From Monocercomonoides exilis PA203 (Eukaryota > Protista > Preaxostyla): 64,000 nucleotides of DNA. The notes below the pieces were generated by a model. That model had not been told where the DNA came from and did no database searches. It worked only from the letters and a program-made list of their open reading frames with translations. The stretch covers positions 1,054,001 through 1,118,000 of the forward strand of contig LSRY02000028.1 of assembly GCA_001643675.2 (NCBI GenBank), in the 5' to 3' direction. Both the position numbers and the translations under genes were made by a program. Below, piece after piece: positions 1-13,700 of the stretch; the first letter of the stretch is position 1, and each line of letters starts with the position of its first letter.

Positions 1-2971
1 TACATCTGTTCCATTTCATTCTTCTGCCATCTGTCCGTCTCCTACTTCTTCCTCCTCTTCCTCTTCATCGTCATCATCTTCCTCTTCCATTTCACAAGCA
101 CATCATAACCTCATTTCAGATCATTTCACACAATCCAATTCTCCTTCTTCATCAAACATTTCTCCTTCGCCTTTGAATAGCAACTGTTCTGACTCATCAG
201 CCATCTCACCTTCCACCACTTCATCTTCTTCAGTCAAAAGGAAAACCACAAAACAAGAACTTGATCAACACAGTAATAAACATCATAAATCCTCATCATC
301 TTCTTTGTTTCCAGCAGTTTTCCCTTCGACTTTAGTGGCCTCGCCGTATTTTTCTCCCTTTTCTCATCTTGTTGCCTCGTTCACACATTCTTTTTCATCC
401 TCTTCAAATCCTTTCAGTTGCACTTTCTCGTTTCTCTTCCCTTTCATTTCATCAACTTTTTTCTCTTATAAGAATCCTCAGCCAACCACACCGCTTGTTA
501 AGTCTAAGCACAGCTCTTTTGCATCGTCTCAAAAGGAATCCAACAAAAAAGGAAGGAACGGACGAATTGGAAGAGAGCATAAGAAAGAATCACACATCAC
601 TTCAACAGCTTCTCAACCACTGCAAATACCATCAACACAAACTTCTTCATCTTCTTCAACGATAACAGCTTCATCGTCGTCATCATCATCGAATCAATCT
701 TCATCATCATCATCTTCTTCTTCTTCTTCTGATTCACACAACAAAAAGAAGCAGTTGCCTCATCCTCGGACTCGGCACACACAGGCACACGCATCGTCGC
801 TCATCACATTTTTCAATTCGTTGTCTTCACTCTCTTTGGACTCTATTCGCTCATTCATGTCTCTCTTGCTGTCTGCTCTCGCTTTGTCTCATGAAAATGG
901 AATTGTATGCGGTTACTGAATTTTCATGATATACTTGAATTACAACGATGAATTCATGTTATTTCCATATGAGCCAAATTGATTTTCATTTTCTATTCCT
1001 TATTAAAACGACGATTTTGTGTATTTTAATATTTATTTATTTATTTTCATGTTTTCTATTAATGTTGCATATTTCTACATTTCCTTTTAGATTCATCGTG
1101 ATATAAAGCCAGATAACATCCTCTATTCAGAAGATCCAATCGAAGGATTAGACGAAGAACTCTTCAAGACAATGCAGAAGAAGCAATCACTTGACACTCA
1201 CACTCGCCACACGAAGGGAATTAAGCATTTGGATAATCAAAGAAAGAAGAAGAAGAAGAAGAAGAAATTGAACTCAAGCAAAGCAGATATCGGAGAAAAA
1301 GATTTACCTTCAATTAGGCCTTTAACTGACATGAATGATGAACATTTAAGCAGAAAACTATCATCTCATTCAGAAGCTCTTCGTCAGTTCAATGACAAAG
1401 TTGAAGAAGGCAAGTGCAATGAAAGTGTATGCGATTGTGTTGAAGACTTCAAAAAAGTGAAAATAAAAATGAAGAAAAAGAACACAATGAAAAAATTTAA
1501 AGAGAAAAAAAGGAAGAACTCTTATTTTGGTGAAAGTCAAGTCTCTGAGGAAGATGAATGTTACAAAGAGATTGAAAGAGAAAACACATTTGAAACACAC
1601 AAAAAGAGGAGAAATTTGTTTGATTTTAGCAATGATTCAATGACTTTGGGGGACGAACAAGAGAATCTTCAAACAAATTGTGCAGATTTAGAAGCGAATG
1701 ATTTTGGAGACTATGAAAAGAATCTGGCTGAAATGTGTGATGCAATTGGGAGTTATTTGAAGGGAAAAAAGAACTTGAAGCAACTTTATGGCAGTGTTGT
1801 ATTGTCTAAATATGATCATGTTTGGAGCAACACTCAAAAAAAGGAAAGAGAAAGAAAGAAAAACATTCAAAAAATAGAAGACAAAAAAGCAGAGGAAGCA
1901 AAAGAGAAAGAAGAGAAAGGAATTGTAAAAGACGATTTGTCTTCTGAAAAGACAAAAATTGATTCCAGACAATTTATGCTGATTGACTGGGGGTTGAGTG
2001 ATATCGTTGGTGAGTCCTTAGTTAAGCAAAGGTATTTTTGATTGTTCATTTGAAATGAAAGTGCTCTTTTTACATGTTTATATTTTTGGATGAAGATGAG
2101 TGAATTTTATATTTTTCATTAATTTTGAAAAATATATTCGCATTTATTTCATAAAAAATTGTTGAAGTTTTGTTTTCTAACGAACGCTCAATTCCTTTTT
2201 TATTTATTTATTTATTTATCTTCCATTCATTTTATTGATTTTCTCCTAGTCTCTCGTCAAATGTAGGGACACGAGGCCTGCGCAGCTTGGAAGTGCTTGT
2301 GAGTTCCTTTGCTTTGTCTACGCAGTCTGATGTGTTTGGGGCTGGCTTGCTTTTACTCACGCTGCTCTGCTCAAGCTTCATTTTCCGGAGAGAAAGAGAA
2401 AAGGAGATCGCATTTGCAAGAGCAGGGAAAATTGAAGGCGAAGAGAAAGAGAAAGAGAAAGAGATGGAAGGAATTAGAGAAAAGGCAAAAGAGAAGGCAA
2501 GAGAAAAAGACGGAGTTTTAGAAATTGAAGAGATTGTTATGATGATGATGGTTTTTGGCTCAGAGCCCGTAAAAAAAGCTGCAAGTGATATGGGTTTGCT
2601 TGAAATTTGATATTTATGAATGTTTTCTAATCTCATTGCTTTTTCGTTCCTTTCTATGAAAATGTTTGAATATTTTCATTCAGGAAAAGAAATCATAACA
2701 GATATTTACATACCTCCGATGGACCTGAGAGAGCTTTGCAACACGTATGAAATGCTTTTATTTTATTTTATTTTATTTTATTTTATTTATATGCATCTAT
2801 GTTTGTTTTCAACAATGATGAAAAAGATTGTTTCCTTCTCGTCCATTTGAGATAAATGACGATCTTCATGAATTTCTAATATCTCTTCTAACTTTGTCGC
2901 CTCACACACGTCCAACTGCTTCTGAAGCCACATTTCATCCATTTCTCACATCACAACAAAAATTTAATTAA
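1..2971 (+). CDS. CDC7: Cdc7-like (DDK catalytic subunit) Ser/Thr kinase, 5'-partial, multi-exon
   Basis: Frame-consistent GT-AG introns at 905-1090, 2032-2249, 2594-2683 and 2745-2826 give: IRSFMSLLLSALALSHENGI|IHRDIKPDNILY...FMLIDWGLSD...VGTRGLRSLEVL...QSDVFGAGLLLLTLL...VFGSEPVKKAASDMG|KEIITDIYIPPMDLRELCNT|...LLTLSPHTRPTASEATFHPFL*, stop at 2969-2971. The C-lobe segments (FGS.PV.KAA..G, DLRELC) resemble Cdc7. The N-lobe lies upstream of the window. Confidence 0.75.
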
Positions 2972-3096
2972 ATTATTTGTAAAATGTTTTCATATCAGAA
3001 AAAAATCTGAACCCATATTGTCCTTTCATTTCATTTGAAAATTTCAAACTGCATTATCAAAGAAAGAAACAGTTCAAAAACCTATAACTTATTCTA

Positions 3097-4333
3097 ATGA
3101 TAACAGAAAGAGCTCGTTTAACGTCTATGTCTTCAATTAATCCATTGAAAGAAGAATTATCTGTTTGCTGTTTTATAGAATTTTTTATTCTGTTTTAAGT
3201 CATTTTTTATTTAAAATTCCTTGATCCATGCTGGACACATTACTTGAAGAGAATGACTATTCCTTCAACAAGCACAATGAGACTTGCTTCTGTCTCAGGA
3301 AGTTCATCTGTTAATGAACAGTTAATTGCTAAAACCGCGCAAGATAAAGACACTTTGGACAGCTACGGAAAGTTACAAGCACAAATAATAAAACAGCCAA
3401 CATCAACATTCGTAATTCCACAATTTATCATTCCGCCAGATGAAAAAGTCGAAAGCTGGGATTTTAAAGAAGGAAACATACAAATGGATTGCTTTCGATA
3501 CGTTGGAGAAGTATTTCAGTATTATTCTGAATTGGAAGTTTGTTTCTAACGAAAATTTTTTGTTTATTTCACTTTAATTACTTTTTTCTAAATAGAAAAA
3601 GATATTCATCAGAACGAATTACATTGATCTTCAAAAGGGTTTCACAGCAGACGATAGAGAAGCTGTTATAGATCTTCTAGTTCAAATTCATTACGCATTT
3701 AAGGCAGCAAAATTGAACTTGAATCCAGATTCTTTATATCTTGCAGTTAATATGATTGATAGATTTTTGAGTCTTTCTTCTCTATCAAAACAAAAGCTTC
3801 CATTATTGGCAATTGCATGCTTGTATATAGCATGCAAGTTTGAAGAGACACAATACCCCAGCGCAGTGCATCTGAAAAGTTTAACAAAAGCCTTTCCTTC
3901 ACTGACTGATCTTTATGTAATGGAACGTCTTGTGCTTGATAAATTGAGATTCAAGCTTGGCCTCCCAACAGCTTTTACTTTCCTCAAACGATTTTCAATA
4001 ATAGCAGAATTGGATCAATCCCTGGGGCTGTCGGCACGGTACATCTGCGAGCAGACTTTATCAAGCTACCACATCTCCACTTCGTATCTTCCGTCAATGG
4101 TGGCAGCATCTTCTGTTGCTTTGTCACTGCTCATCCACAACAAAAGACCATGGTCAGCTACTCTTGCATTCTACACGGGATATGAATGGGAGCAGATGAG
4201 GCATTGCCTCACGGACATCGTTGAGTTGTTGAAAAAGGCACCAAATCTGAGATACAAGTCAACATATCTGAAATATGCAGAGAGATTATATTTGAACATT
4301 TCAGAGCATGTGGTTAGCTGCTTGTCAACTTAG
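3097..4333 (+). CDS. Cyclin, A/B (mitotic) type
   Basis: YVGEVFQYYSELE|KKIFIRTNYIDLQKGFTADDREAVIDLLVQIH...LYLAVNMIDRFLS...LLAIACLYIACKFEE...MERLVLDKLRFKLGLPTAFTFLKRF...YLPSMVAASSVAL gives both cyclin-box folds. Intron at 3538-3595. The start codon and first intron are uncertain. Confidence 0.9.
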
Positions 4334-4733
4334 TTGAATTGAGCTTTTCAGATTTTTTTTCCCACGTCACATTTCACTTTTTGTTTCACTCATTTTTCGA
4401 AATGATATTGTTCTCATATTTTATTCCATGTCAAGTTCACGTCACTTTAACATTAGATAGATCCTCTTTTCTTGCAACTTTCAATATAACAAGAGAAAGA
4501 AATAACCTGTTTTCTAAATTGTGATTTAAGCACTAAGAATTCGAAGTGAACAAAGAATTAAGTGAAAAGATTGGGTAGAGATAGCAGAAATAGTCGAGAT
4601 TGAGCAGTAATGATTAAAGGATAATTACAAATAAACATGTGAATTGATTACATTAAAATATAGTTTAAACAAAAACAAAAAAATGTTGCAATGTGTAATA
4701 AAATAAAAAGAAGCCAATGTGAAGCATAAGAGG

Positions 4734-7700
4734 TTAGTAATCAAGAGCGCAGAAGAGAGCAACAGAACGCTTGATCCAGTGAGATTCAACAGTGTCTGAA
4801 GGAATATCAAGTGAGATGACGTAGTTTGTTGAGTGCCCAGTTGTGGACAGTGTTCCTTGCCTTGTCAATATCTTGTAGATGGGGCAGTTGTATGACCCTT
4901 CTGTTGGTGGAACTCTGTTCTCCACTGGATTCAGATGGATGATAGGGAATGTTGTGTACAGCTCTTTCGGACGGGATTCAGTCAGAACATGTGCTTCGTG
5001 ATCCCATCTAGCTCCTTCCAAGAACAGTCCATACACAAGACATCCATCTGCTGGCCTTTCTGTAACTTCCTCAGGATTCTTGTAATCATCTCTTATGATT
5101 GCTTCAAATGATATCTTATCAATTGGAATTTTGTATTTCCGTGCAAAGTTCTGAAGGTTTCCGGTAAGAAAAGCTTGAGGGAAGAATAATCCAGAAATCC
5201 AATACACTGCTGGAGGTCCGTTTTCTATCCACTTCGCCAGGAACGCGCATCTCTGTGCAAGATCTTCCACCCACACAGACAAAGGCTTCAATGAAGGATA
5301 GGCAGGCTTTTCCCACAGTTTGGGTATTTGATTGATAAATAATGAATTAGACATGGCTTCAAGCTCTGCACTCATCACCACCTTTCCTGCAAGTGCCTTT
5401 ATCATATCATCCAGCGAAGTGTGGATAACTTTCAGAAGTCTGTTGTATCGAATGATTTCTTGCACGAGCACAGTGTTCATTGACTCTTCGTACAACGTTG
5501 GATATTTCTTTTGTGCCTCTTCTAAATTGAACATGTGTGGGACTTTCTCTCCAATAAACTCCACTTTCTCCTGAATGATTTCTTCTCTTGTCTGTCCAGA
5601 AGATCCGCTTGCTGTGCTTGGCTGAAGAGAAAGCAGATTATCAAATAAATCATTTGTATCCTTCATGGCACAGGTGATATCTGCATTCTCATGCAACCCA
5701 AAGACTTCGGGATATGCATTCAGATCATAGCTCTGAATCACTTGAATGTAGCCCTTCAAATCTTCGCAGTCGACAGATGTGTACTTTCCTGAAGGTGAGA
5801 AAGTGTATCCTTCTTGTAGCACATCTGGGCAAATGAATCTCTCGAGCAATGTTGAAAGCAGCCTTCTGTCCAAGAAATCAGTGACACGACCACCATAGTT
5901 GATTTCTCCAAACAGGAATGAAAGCACGCGATATGGTACTTCGATAGATGTCTCTAAGAACAGGCGCAGCTGTTTAATGCACACGTTCAGATCATCCACA
6001 GTGAATTCATATCTGATATTCCATCCCAATGCACCAAACTTTCTTCTCTCTTGAATGACTGCATGGAAGAAGGAAAGAGAGAATAGAAGCATTCTCAAAA
6101 CGCTTGGATCGTGTTGATCTCCCACAGGTGATATAACTGAAGGATCAAATGACTCGTATGTTCTCAGAAGATTTGCCTGAAGTCCCTTTGGTGGTTCATT
6201 TGTCATTTTGATACCTGACTGCAAGATCGACACCGGGAATTTCTCTGATGGCTGAGAAGTGAGCCACAGACGGAAGTCTCGATGAACAGATTCAGGTTTC
6301 CAGTTCTCCACAATACGTTCGAGCTCAGGCATCCACGAAGCATACAAATCGCAGTTTTGAAGAAGAACCCAGAAACCGTTTTCAGTTGCTTCATTAATGT
6401 ATTGCTCAGCTTTTACACCTTGTCCTTGCCCCAAAGAAAGAGAGTGGAGTTTCTTTGTCATCCTCATTTCAACTGCAAATTGATCGAGATCCTTTGCAGG
6501 GTTTGTACCAGGTGAGATGATGAAAATAAGAGGTCTCATTGAATTGGAGTCGCGATATGACTTAGCCAAGTTGAAGTTTGGAGGTTGCACATATTTCTTT
6601 CCAAAGTTCTCCTGTACAAAGTCTTGCACGCCTTCAGTGATCTTATCAGAACGCAAACATTTCAGCACAAGCAGTTTTTGGAACTGGTTCAGATCGTTCC
6701 ATCTGCCTGGGAGCGGCTCGCGATGCGCCTGTGAAGAGTCGAAGATCACTCGCCACGAATCTGGATCTGCAGCAAAGTCTTTGTCTAAGTCAGTAAATGC
6801 AGGAAGCTCTGCCAGTGCCTGTATGTCGATCCATGAACGTGACGTGAGCCAATCTTCTGCTGGATTTGGTTGAGGATTGGCAACAGTGGAACGACCGATA
6901 AGGAAACGATATTCTTGCTGGTCGATTTTGCCCTCATATGTCAAGATTCTCATGATCATCAAGAAGGAGAACATCAGCTTGTGCCTTGCAAACAGCGAAC
7001 GGCAGACATTCTGATACAGAAGATAAGTGAAGTTGTCCATCAGATTGTTCAAACGAGTGGCAAAGTCCTGCGATTGCTCTGTCTCCTCAATTGATTGCCT
7101 GTAAAGATCCATAAACCACTGCAGCGAATTCTGATACATAGGATCGATTGAAGACAGATCAGCAACACAGAAGAACAGAAGAGATCCTCTAACAGCCATT
7201 GGTCTGTATGTGTTTCTTGTTTCATCAATCTGCTGTTCAGTTTCTTCTGCTTCTTTAACCTTGACTTCAATGTCTGTACTCATCTTCTTTGATTCTGAAA
7301 GGGTATTAATAAGTGTCTCATCTTCCAATGGATTTGCTGTTTCGGACAATAGTTTCAAGATCTGATCCTCCAATTCCTTCAACTTAGCTCTCATCTTTGC
7401 GTTGCTTGACATCAGACTGTTCTTCGATTCTTCCAAATCTGGTCTCTCTTGTACAACAACAGTTGCAAGAAGCTGATCTTCCAATCCACTCTGTGTCACA
7501 GTGAAGTTGAGAAGTGTTACTTTAACACTTGTTTCTGGAGCGTATTTGGGATTAGGCAGTTTTGTTGTCATGTACAATTTGAAGTTGTTGTTGTAAGGCA
7601 GAAGTGTATCGCCAAGTTTCATCACCTCAGATCCCTTGTGCATAAAAGTAGATCTGGTAAGTACAGGCTCAAGTGCAGGATCGAGTTCTTCACCAACGCT

Positions 7701-10700
7701 TTCAATAAGAACAGGTCTTCCAAATCGAATAGCTGTTTCAAGAGTTCTCATGAAGTTATCTTCTGTCTGTTTCACAATGTCCAGCTTTCCTTTCTCCATT
7801 CTTCTGATCCACTTATTTGCTTGTCCTTGTGGATCAATCATCAAAGGCCATCTTCGTGCGTTGATCATAATCAGACCATTCTCAACTGACAGATTATCAG
7901 ATGGCAGACCGTCAAGTCCCCATTGTCTAACACGCACATGATCGGAGAACGTTGTTTGGATAGAAGCGTTTGCACTGAATGGGAAGTTCATCTTTGTCAG
8001 AGCTTCTTTCCACTGCGCGATAATGTCAGATCTGAACTGCGAAGTGAATGGTCCAAGGTAGCAAATGGTACCAGAGGATATCAGAACATCACCCACCACA
8101 TTGTGCTCCAAAAGTTCGATATCCTTCATCTCCTTTGTCCATCTTGTGCATTCGCCACCCAAACCTTGAGTCAATCTGAACGCACGATCTCTTTGTGTGA
8201 CGCAGTTCTGCACTTGGTTCTGGAGGGATTCTTTCTTGTCAACAGCTGCTTGGAACTTGGCTTCAAGCAATCTGATGTTCTCTTCGAGTTTTGAGAGTGA
8301 ATCTTGCTTTTCTTTCAGTGTCTTCAACACAGCAGCAAGTTCAGTTTCAGCTTTTGCGACAAGTTCTTGTTTTGGCTTGACATCAAGGAATGTGAAATAG
8401 AAGCTGTACAAAGCACGAATCCAGATACAGATAGACATGCAAGCTTTACTACCCTTTGCCACCTTTTCTGGAATAAACTCTTCGTTCTGAATGTAAGGCT
8501 CAATCTTCTGGATCATCTTAGGATCTAAATGCTCCTTGTCGAAGTTAAGCATAGAATCCATAAGTTCACGAGGATGAGACACAAGACCACGAGCAGGTCC
8601 CATGTAATCATCTTTCTTTTGATTTGGATGGTCAGGATCAGGCACTTTTTCAGGTGGTTTTCCCATCACAATACACAATGCAGCCAACACAAGTTGCACA
8701 CCTTTTCCTGGTGCCTTGTATCCTCCGACTTCTGCAATATCACGAGGATCCAGCTTCTCGAGTGACTTCTCTGCATTTCTCAGAATTGGCAGTGCTTTCT
8801 CGAGAAGTGCAGTGGCTTCGTCTTTCATCTTCTGGCACTGTTCTGCCTGAGCTGACACTTCTTGCTCTTCTTTCTTCACGACTGTCCTCTGTTCGCTGGC
8901 ATCCTTCTGATCGTTCTGGATCTGCTTCATCATTTCGTCCACTTCAATTGTCATTTTCTCCAGCTGAGGTTGCACTTCCTTCAGGCGAGCATCATTCCTC
9001 ACAACTTCTTCTGTGGCTCTGGTGATCTTTTCCACACCCTGTGACAATCTGTTCTTCATAACTTTAAGTTCTTCTCGCTTCTTTTTCAGCAAAGTTCTTA
9101 AAGTTGTGATCAATTCTAAATAGCTCAGTGGCGTCACATGATTTGTTCTCTTCAGCTCCTTCAAAAATCTTGTATTTGCCTTTTCGACTGACTGATGAAT
9201 CATCACACACATCTCGATCACTTTATCTGTCAAATCCTCTGCTTGGTGATGAATTGAATTCTTAATCTCTCCTTCTTCGTCTTTTTCTCCTTCATCAAAT
9301 TCTTTCTGCTCAAAGTCCACATCATCCAATTTCACTCTTGCGACAGCTCTCAAAGCCTCATCTGGCCATGGATCGAACCAATCGATGGTGCAGCAGGTGA
9401 CAAGAGCAGGATACATTCTCAGTCTGTTTCTGAATGCATCGCCAAATGGTGACATGCAAAGCACAATGTGGATGTTTCCTCTGATTCTCTTCACGAAATG
9501 AGAGAAGAGATTAATTTTTGTAGGAATAATTCCAAGTGATTGGGCAATGGGTCTCATTGTTGAATATATCGTCTCCATTTCTTGTGGATCCCACACATTA
9601 GGCACATCACCTGAATTAAGCATGTTGTTGATATCCTCCAAAAATGATTCTTGAACAAGCTGTGTGTCTGAGAATAGAAATACTGTTGGCTCGGCTTCAA
9701 GTCCTGCTCCTTTCATAATCTCCTTTAAGCTTTTATGCCACTCAAATCTGTTGAAGCCCTTCTTAATTTCAATGCAGCGAAGGTTGAAGTCTGCGATATG
9801 AGCAGCTAAACGAGTAAGAGATTGTCTTCCTGATCCTCCAACACCAAGAAGCAAAGCATTTCCGTATGGTTGTCTGATAATTCTTGCGATTCTCAGTAAA
9901 TGCATAATTGCATTTTGGAAAAGCACAAGTTCAAGTGAGCCTCCCTTTTGAGCGTCTCTGTAATCTTCCAATGCATCGTCGAGTACTTTCTTAAGCTTCT
10001 CAATATCTGTAATTTGTACGTATGGCTTAGTGTCGCTGCTTGATGATGACAGAATATCTCCGAACATCATGTTCTCGCTGGCGCCAACACCTTCCCATGT
10101 AACACTGAAGTGCTTCTTGAGTTGACCTCGCAGAAGTTGCTGGAACCATTCTCTGTCTTTCGTGTCTTTCGTGGAAGTGACCAAACGATCAGCAAACACT
10201 CGAGTTGTCTCGTGAAGCCACATACGGATGACTTGTGCAGAATCAGAAAGAGATTTCACGTCGCCTGAAAGAATTCCTTGGAACACTTTGCTCAGATCAC
10301 GAAGGTTGAAGGTGTAGTGAGATTTTTGTGGAGTTGGCAAAAGTTCTCTCATAATTGTGTGATAAACTTCGACAGTGGCATTGACAATTGGATCTGTCAG
10401 CCCACGAATTACATCTGGGAACTGATTGAAGAATGAACCCAGAATTGTTGAGAAGATCATCTTTTCACTGCTTTCTTCAAGATCTGTGAAGTAGATGTGG
10501 TTAAAGTGACGAAGGAACCTGTTAGTCACAGGATTACGACCTCCTCCTGGTGGTCCCATAGCTCCCACAAGCTGCACATCTTCAATCTTGAAGAATGGAA
10601 TAGAAGTGGAGTCCTTCTTAACATACCACCCGCCATGATCAACAAACTGCCTCAAAAGTTCAATTGGTGGTTGTGCTCCGTAGATTTCAAGCTTAGGCAT

Positions 10701-13700
10701 GTTCAGATCATCCACAAAGATCACAAACTTTGAGCCGGGTGGAGCTCCTACAATTCCGCTACGACGTCTTTCGAATTTGTCATCGAGTTGGCGCTGAGTA
10801 GCAGTCGCTGATGTTTGTGCAGAAAATGTCATTGGAATAGGAATGTATTCGCTTGGAGCTTGTTTGAAAAGATACTGTTCAAGTGTAACAGTCTTTGCTG
10901 TTCCTGTTGAACCGATCGCAAGAACATGCTTTGATTTTCTAACAAGTAAATCGATGATGTGTGTGTTACGCACCGAATCAACTGTTGGGACAATCATTTC
11001 AGTGAACTGAGTCTTTGGCTTAATAACATACTCATCAATCGTATCCATCCAGGGCATCCACACTTTCTCCTTTTGGTTGTATACAAAGTCGTACAATGTG
11101 TAAATTGCAGGAATCTTTGGATTTGGTTCAAATGAACCTTTGATTGGTTGATCTTCGTCTGGTTGTTCGAGTGAAGCATCAACAAACTTTCCGAACTTCT
11201 GCTTCAGAATATTCATCACGAATCCATTGAATTTCTTTCTTCCTTCAACGTTTGTCGTAGCACCAACGGACCACACCAGCGCAAATACAAACAAGTAAAG
11301 CAGACACTCTCCCATATCATCCAGCTTCTGTTGAGTTGGCATAGTCTCTCCCTTCACTTCTTCTGGCAGATATGGAACAAACAACGCTTCGAGCATGTTA
11401 AAGAGAGAATCACATATATTTGAATCCACTGTAGGAACAGCTTCAGAGCAATGATGACGTAAGAATTCAAGAGAATCAGACAAAAACGAATCAAAGAGCG
11501 TTTGAAGTGTTTCGATGTGTGGTGCGAACATTTCTTTCTGTGTTTGAAGCCAATGATAAACGCGAGCAGAATGAGGAACTGTAGAAGAAGGCTCCAAATA
11601 AACCATACCGCAACGCGAAACTGTGGCAGGTGAAGCAACACGCAAATCTTCGACCTCAAAGATCATGTTCATTGCAGGAGTCAATGGAATAACTTCTCCT
11701 GATGCAAGGCACAGCTTCTTAGAATCATCAAGCACCGTGTTCATATCTTCAATCCAGACAGCATCGACTGGTCCATCGCAGATGATCCAGTGTTTGTCTG
11801 AAGACTCGTCTCTCACGCATTCTCTCATGATAAGTGTAAGCACACCATTTTTCCAGTCATTTGTTGCTGCATCGTATGTTCCATACAGATCACCATATGG
11901 AATTGACTTTGGATTCAGCTTGTGCATTATGACAGTTTCGTATCCTTCAACTCCTCTCTTCTTTAATGTTGTCATTGCTGTGCTCAGAACACTCAGGCAA
12001 CTGGATTTCCCTCCACCAGTTGGACCGACAAGCATCAAACCATGTCGAAGCACAGTTGTTTCGTAAAGTTGCAGACATTTTGTGATGAATGTATCTAATG
12101 TCTGTAATCCCTTTTGCACTGTTGTCTCTTTGATTGCTGTGCTCAAATCACCATAATCAACAACCATTGGCTCCACACCTGGGAACAGATCAGAAACAAT
12201 ACCTTTGAAAAGTGGAATATCGTCTGCAAGGAATTTGGGAATGTTTGTGTCTCTCAAAGCACGAAGCAAAAGCAGCTCTTCAGAAACATCTGGGAATTCG
12301 TGTTTCAAATTACCAGCAGCAGAAATAACAGTGTTGACAGCTCTCATACCAAAATCATAATGATCCTGTGAAGAAAGCTGTTCTGAAGAAAGCTTGAATG
12401 TGGCAACCATTTTCTTTGAAAGTGCAAATCCTTCTTTGAACCCAAATGAGAACAGACGAATTTCAGCGATTAGAGCATAATCTGGGATCATCACAGCCAC
12501 TGGACGGAACAGCGCTTTCAAGTTATCAGGAAGCTCTGTTCTTCCTGCATAACCAGGGTTCATAGTGATGAAGATAGAAAGGGTAGGAACAAGAGGAATA
12601 TCATCATCTTCGAAATGAAAATGCTCTAAGCCATCCATGACAGCATTCTGGATGGTTGCAATCTGTTGAGCAATCACAGACAGCACTTCAATATCAATTC
12701 TGTTGAACTCATCAAAGCAAGACCATGCACCAGTCATCGCCAGACCCTTAAAGAACTTGCTCATAGCTGTCACTTTCAGAGATTCAGAGCAGTTGAACAC
12801 GACACACTTCACGGCAACAGCCTTCGCCAGATCTTTTGTTGTTTCTGTCTTTCCTGTTCCGGCTGGCCCAGCTGGAGCTCCTCCCAAATGAAGGTTGATA
12901 GCACCCATCAGAGTCATGTAAAGCTTATCTGTTAGTGGAGTAATCACCAAACGAGTTGTGTTTCCGAGATATTCGTATTGGTACATAATATCTGTCTGCA
13001 TCATCTTCACATGCACATCATCTTCTTCCCAATAATATCTGAATTGTGAAATCCAATCGAAGTCTGTGACAGCTTCAACTTTGTTCTCTACCAATCTGGT
13101 TGTCACATCACGTGCATGCACATCAATTGTGATAAGTGCTCCAAGTGTGAGTCTCTGAAGATCTGTAAGATTTCCTCTCACAAGATCAGTCAAATCGTTT
13201 AATTGTCCCTTCAATTTTGTCAATAGTTTGTCAACTTCTTCGTATCCTCCCTGTTCAATGGACCTCTCCACTTCCTGCGTCCAGTAAATCTGCCCAACGC
13301 ACAAAACGACCTGTCCTGGCCATCTTCCAACCCAATCTTTTCTTGGACGCACATTGTAATCTGCCAGTGACTGCACAATCTGATCTCTCACGGCTGTGAA
13401 CATGCATCCTTCGAGTTCCTTCAGCCACTGCTCCACATTTCCTTCTGGATAAATACCCTCAACGAACTCCACTCTTTCTTTCTCCTTTGAAATCATTGCT
13501 GTGATCTCCATATCTGGCTGGAATGTGACAGATTTAATGGCTTCAAAGCATGTACCCAGATAAGGTTGCACACGAGTGGGATCTTTTGTCTGAGACAGAA
13601 TATCAAGCAACTCATCTGAAGACAAGAAATAAAATCGAGGGAATGCTTTTCTTTTTGTCTCCAAATATGATTCCAATCCATTTGCAACAGATTCCAGCAC

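Noticed and set aside
10890-10920. Dynein AAA3 P-loop reads GSTGTAKT instead of GxxxxGKT
   Set aside because: GTAKT variants occur in other axonemal dyneins, so this is not evidence of inactivation.
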